Below, piece by piece: positions 62,741-64,000 of a stretch of 64,000 bases of DNA. The stretch lies in the sequence record NC_015251.1; one strand, written 5' to 3'. The position numbers and the translations under genes are program-made. Every line of letters begins with the position of its first letter. Within the stretch, counting starts at the first letter, position 1. Under the pieces are notes generated by a model. The model was not told the origin of the DNA. It saw nothing but the letters and a program-made list of their open reading frames with translations, and made no database searches.

Positions 62741-63976
62741 TTAATACGTGAATCCAATAGACTCATTTTTGAAAGCCCCGTTTTTGAATTCATATGTAAC
62801 TTCCTTAATTACATCATAAGTCCAAGTCCGGAGTTTTGCATGGTCATATCCCTCTGGGATAGCAACAACATTAGCTGGGTCAACCTTTACCATGATAACA
62901 CGGTCATTTTCTCTACGGGAATAATATGGAATGTATCCGGCAGATGCAACGTGCAAACCACATGAACACTCATTCTTTCGATCTGCATCTACTTCGAAAG
63001 GTTCCATACGAGGGCTTGCCCCAATAGAGTTATCAAAAGTACCAGTCCAGATATCAGTATAGTCATCACGAATTCGCTTATATGCGAGAAAGTATCCATC
63101 TTCGGTAATTTTGATATCGTTGTGTTTCAGGAAATCAAACAGCTCATATACTGCCTCACGGCGCGGATTCTTAACCAGACGGATAAGGAAGTTGATCATA
63201 GAATCGATATTTTCGCCACTTTTCCACATCTCAACTACACGGCGAGTCATGTTAGTATCTAGAACAACATCTTTATATGTCAGGGTATTACCAATTATTT
63301 TGATATCACCTTTTACATAAGTTTCAATTGCCTTTTTTATGGACAACATACTAGCAGCACGAATAACATCATTCGTTTCTATCAAAATTTTAAATGCTTC
63401 ATCAAATGCTGGGTGTTTACGATCCGCCGTAATAACTTCGCCATCAATATAACAGTTAATGAAATTGAATCCTGCATTCCAAGAAACTTCGGATTTCTTT
63501 TCTTCTACAACATCAACATTTTTAACGTCTACTTTCTTAGGCTTCTGAATCCCTTTATAACGCCGAACAATATCACCAACCGTAGATCGGGGGACCCCAC
63601 TTTGTCTAGAGATTTCATTTTGACTCAGACCGGTTTTATGCAGACGAATAACCTTATCTTCCCGACTTTCTACAACCTGATGCTCATCGACATAACGTTC
63701 TAGAGGGTGTACATAATATTTATATTTAACAATAAGATTGGCGAATTCCCGAATATTAAGATTTGAAATCGCGTCATAATCATCAAAATCGTTTATATGT
63801 TGAAAGTCTGTATCAAGACTTTCTTCAATATACATGATTAATTCTACTACATCCAATCCATCCAATCCAATCCAACCAAGCGTTTTTGACATATCTCGGG
63901 ATGTAACTTTAATTCCTGTTACGTCATATATACCATCATATATAAGATCAAATACAGCTTCATAATTAGTTTTCAT
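62741..63976 (-). CDS. rIIB: rIIB protein with an N-terminal ACP-like domain and an HTH
   Basis: WNAG, NP...V..LFDFL..NDI.ITEDGYF.AYK, DNS.G, CSCGLHV, VKVDP..VV.IP..Y...K.R; aa 1-86 carry GLDGLDVVELIMYIEE. Confidence 0.93.
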   Translation of the reverse strand: MKTNYEAVFDLIYDGIYDVTGIKVTSRDMSKTLGWIGLDGLDVVELIMYIEESLDTDFQHINDFDDYDAISNLNIREFANLIVKYKYYVHPLERYVDEHQVVESREDKVIRLHKTGLSQNEISRQSGVPRSTVGDIVRRYKGIQKPKKVDVKNVDVVEEKKSEVSWNAGFNFINCYIDGEVITADRKHPAFDEAFKILIETNDVIRAASMLSIKKAIETYVKGDIKIIGNTLTYKDVVLDTNMTRRVVEMWKSGENIDSMINFLIRLVKNPRREAVYELFDFLKHNDIKITEDGYFLAYKRIRDDYTDIWTGTFDNSIGASPRMEPFEVDADRKNECSCGLHVASAGYIPYYSRRENDRVIMVKVDPANVVAIPEGYDHAKLRTWTYDVIKEVTYEFKNGAFKNESIGFTY

Positions 63977-64000
63977 TTTATATCCTCATTTAAAGGGGCA

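Noticed and set aside
63851-63878. (TCCAA)n-like microsatellite as a phase-variation tract in rIIB
   Set aside because: Short and imperfect, and explained by the W-I-G-L-D-G-L-D codons; noted only because it covers the ACP Ser-to-Gly position.
1-64000. tRNA or rRNA genes
   Set aside because: No cloverleaf with T-loop GTTCGA/acceptor stem and no rRNA-like segment was seen; the non-coding gaps are short and explained by promoters, terminators or the two hairpin elements.

Overview
A 64-kb segment of a large, AT-rich, T4-like (Straboviridae-type) lytic myophage genome. The host is probably a gammaproteobacterium such as Aeromonas or Vibrio; this is inferred from gene content and not proven. Essentially all real genes lie on the minus strand, and the plus-strand ORFs look like antisense shadows. 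In transcription order (right to left) the recognisable genes are: rIIB with an extra N-terminal ACP-like domain, an HTH-DEDD exonuclease, a GNAT, SprT-like proteases, a vs.1-like transglycosylase, TraR/DksA, MazG-like, pseT, dCMP deaminase, gp31, 30.9-like, e.6-like, CCA-adding enzyme, HD hydrolase, cREC, nrdC.11-like nucleotidyltransferase, NADAR (30.3-like), Prs-like plus NAMPT-like (NARP1-like pair), UVDE, frd, td, denA, rnlA, a Zn-ribbon/GIY-YIG endonuclease, a gp49/66 (Tad1-like) domain, a 2OG-Fe(II)-oxygenase-like gene, a permuted or split N6-adenine methyltransferase, a candidate internal-head-protein cluster and a CYTH protein. About 100 small unknown ORFs lie between them. The sequence is draft quality (3 Ns, many 1-nt homopolymer indels), so several genes appear split. 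The most unusual signals are: (i) nine sigma70-type promoters that all start with the octamer RTYGAAAC exactly 6 nt after the -10 box, several with hairpins over the -10; (ii) an AtaR/TacA antitoxin-like C-terminal peptide on an SH3-like phage protein; (iii) an ACP-like domain without the phosphopantetheine serine, fused to rIIB; (iv) two inverted copies, about 52 kb apart, of a ~100-bp hairpin/palindrome element. No tRNA genes, CRISPR array or introns were found. Family assignments come from motif recall, not database searches.
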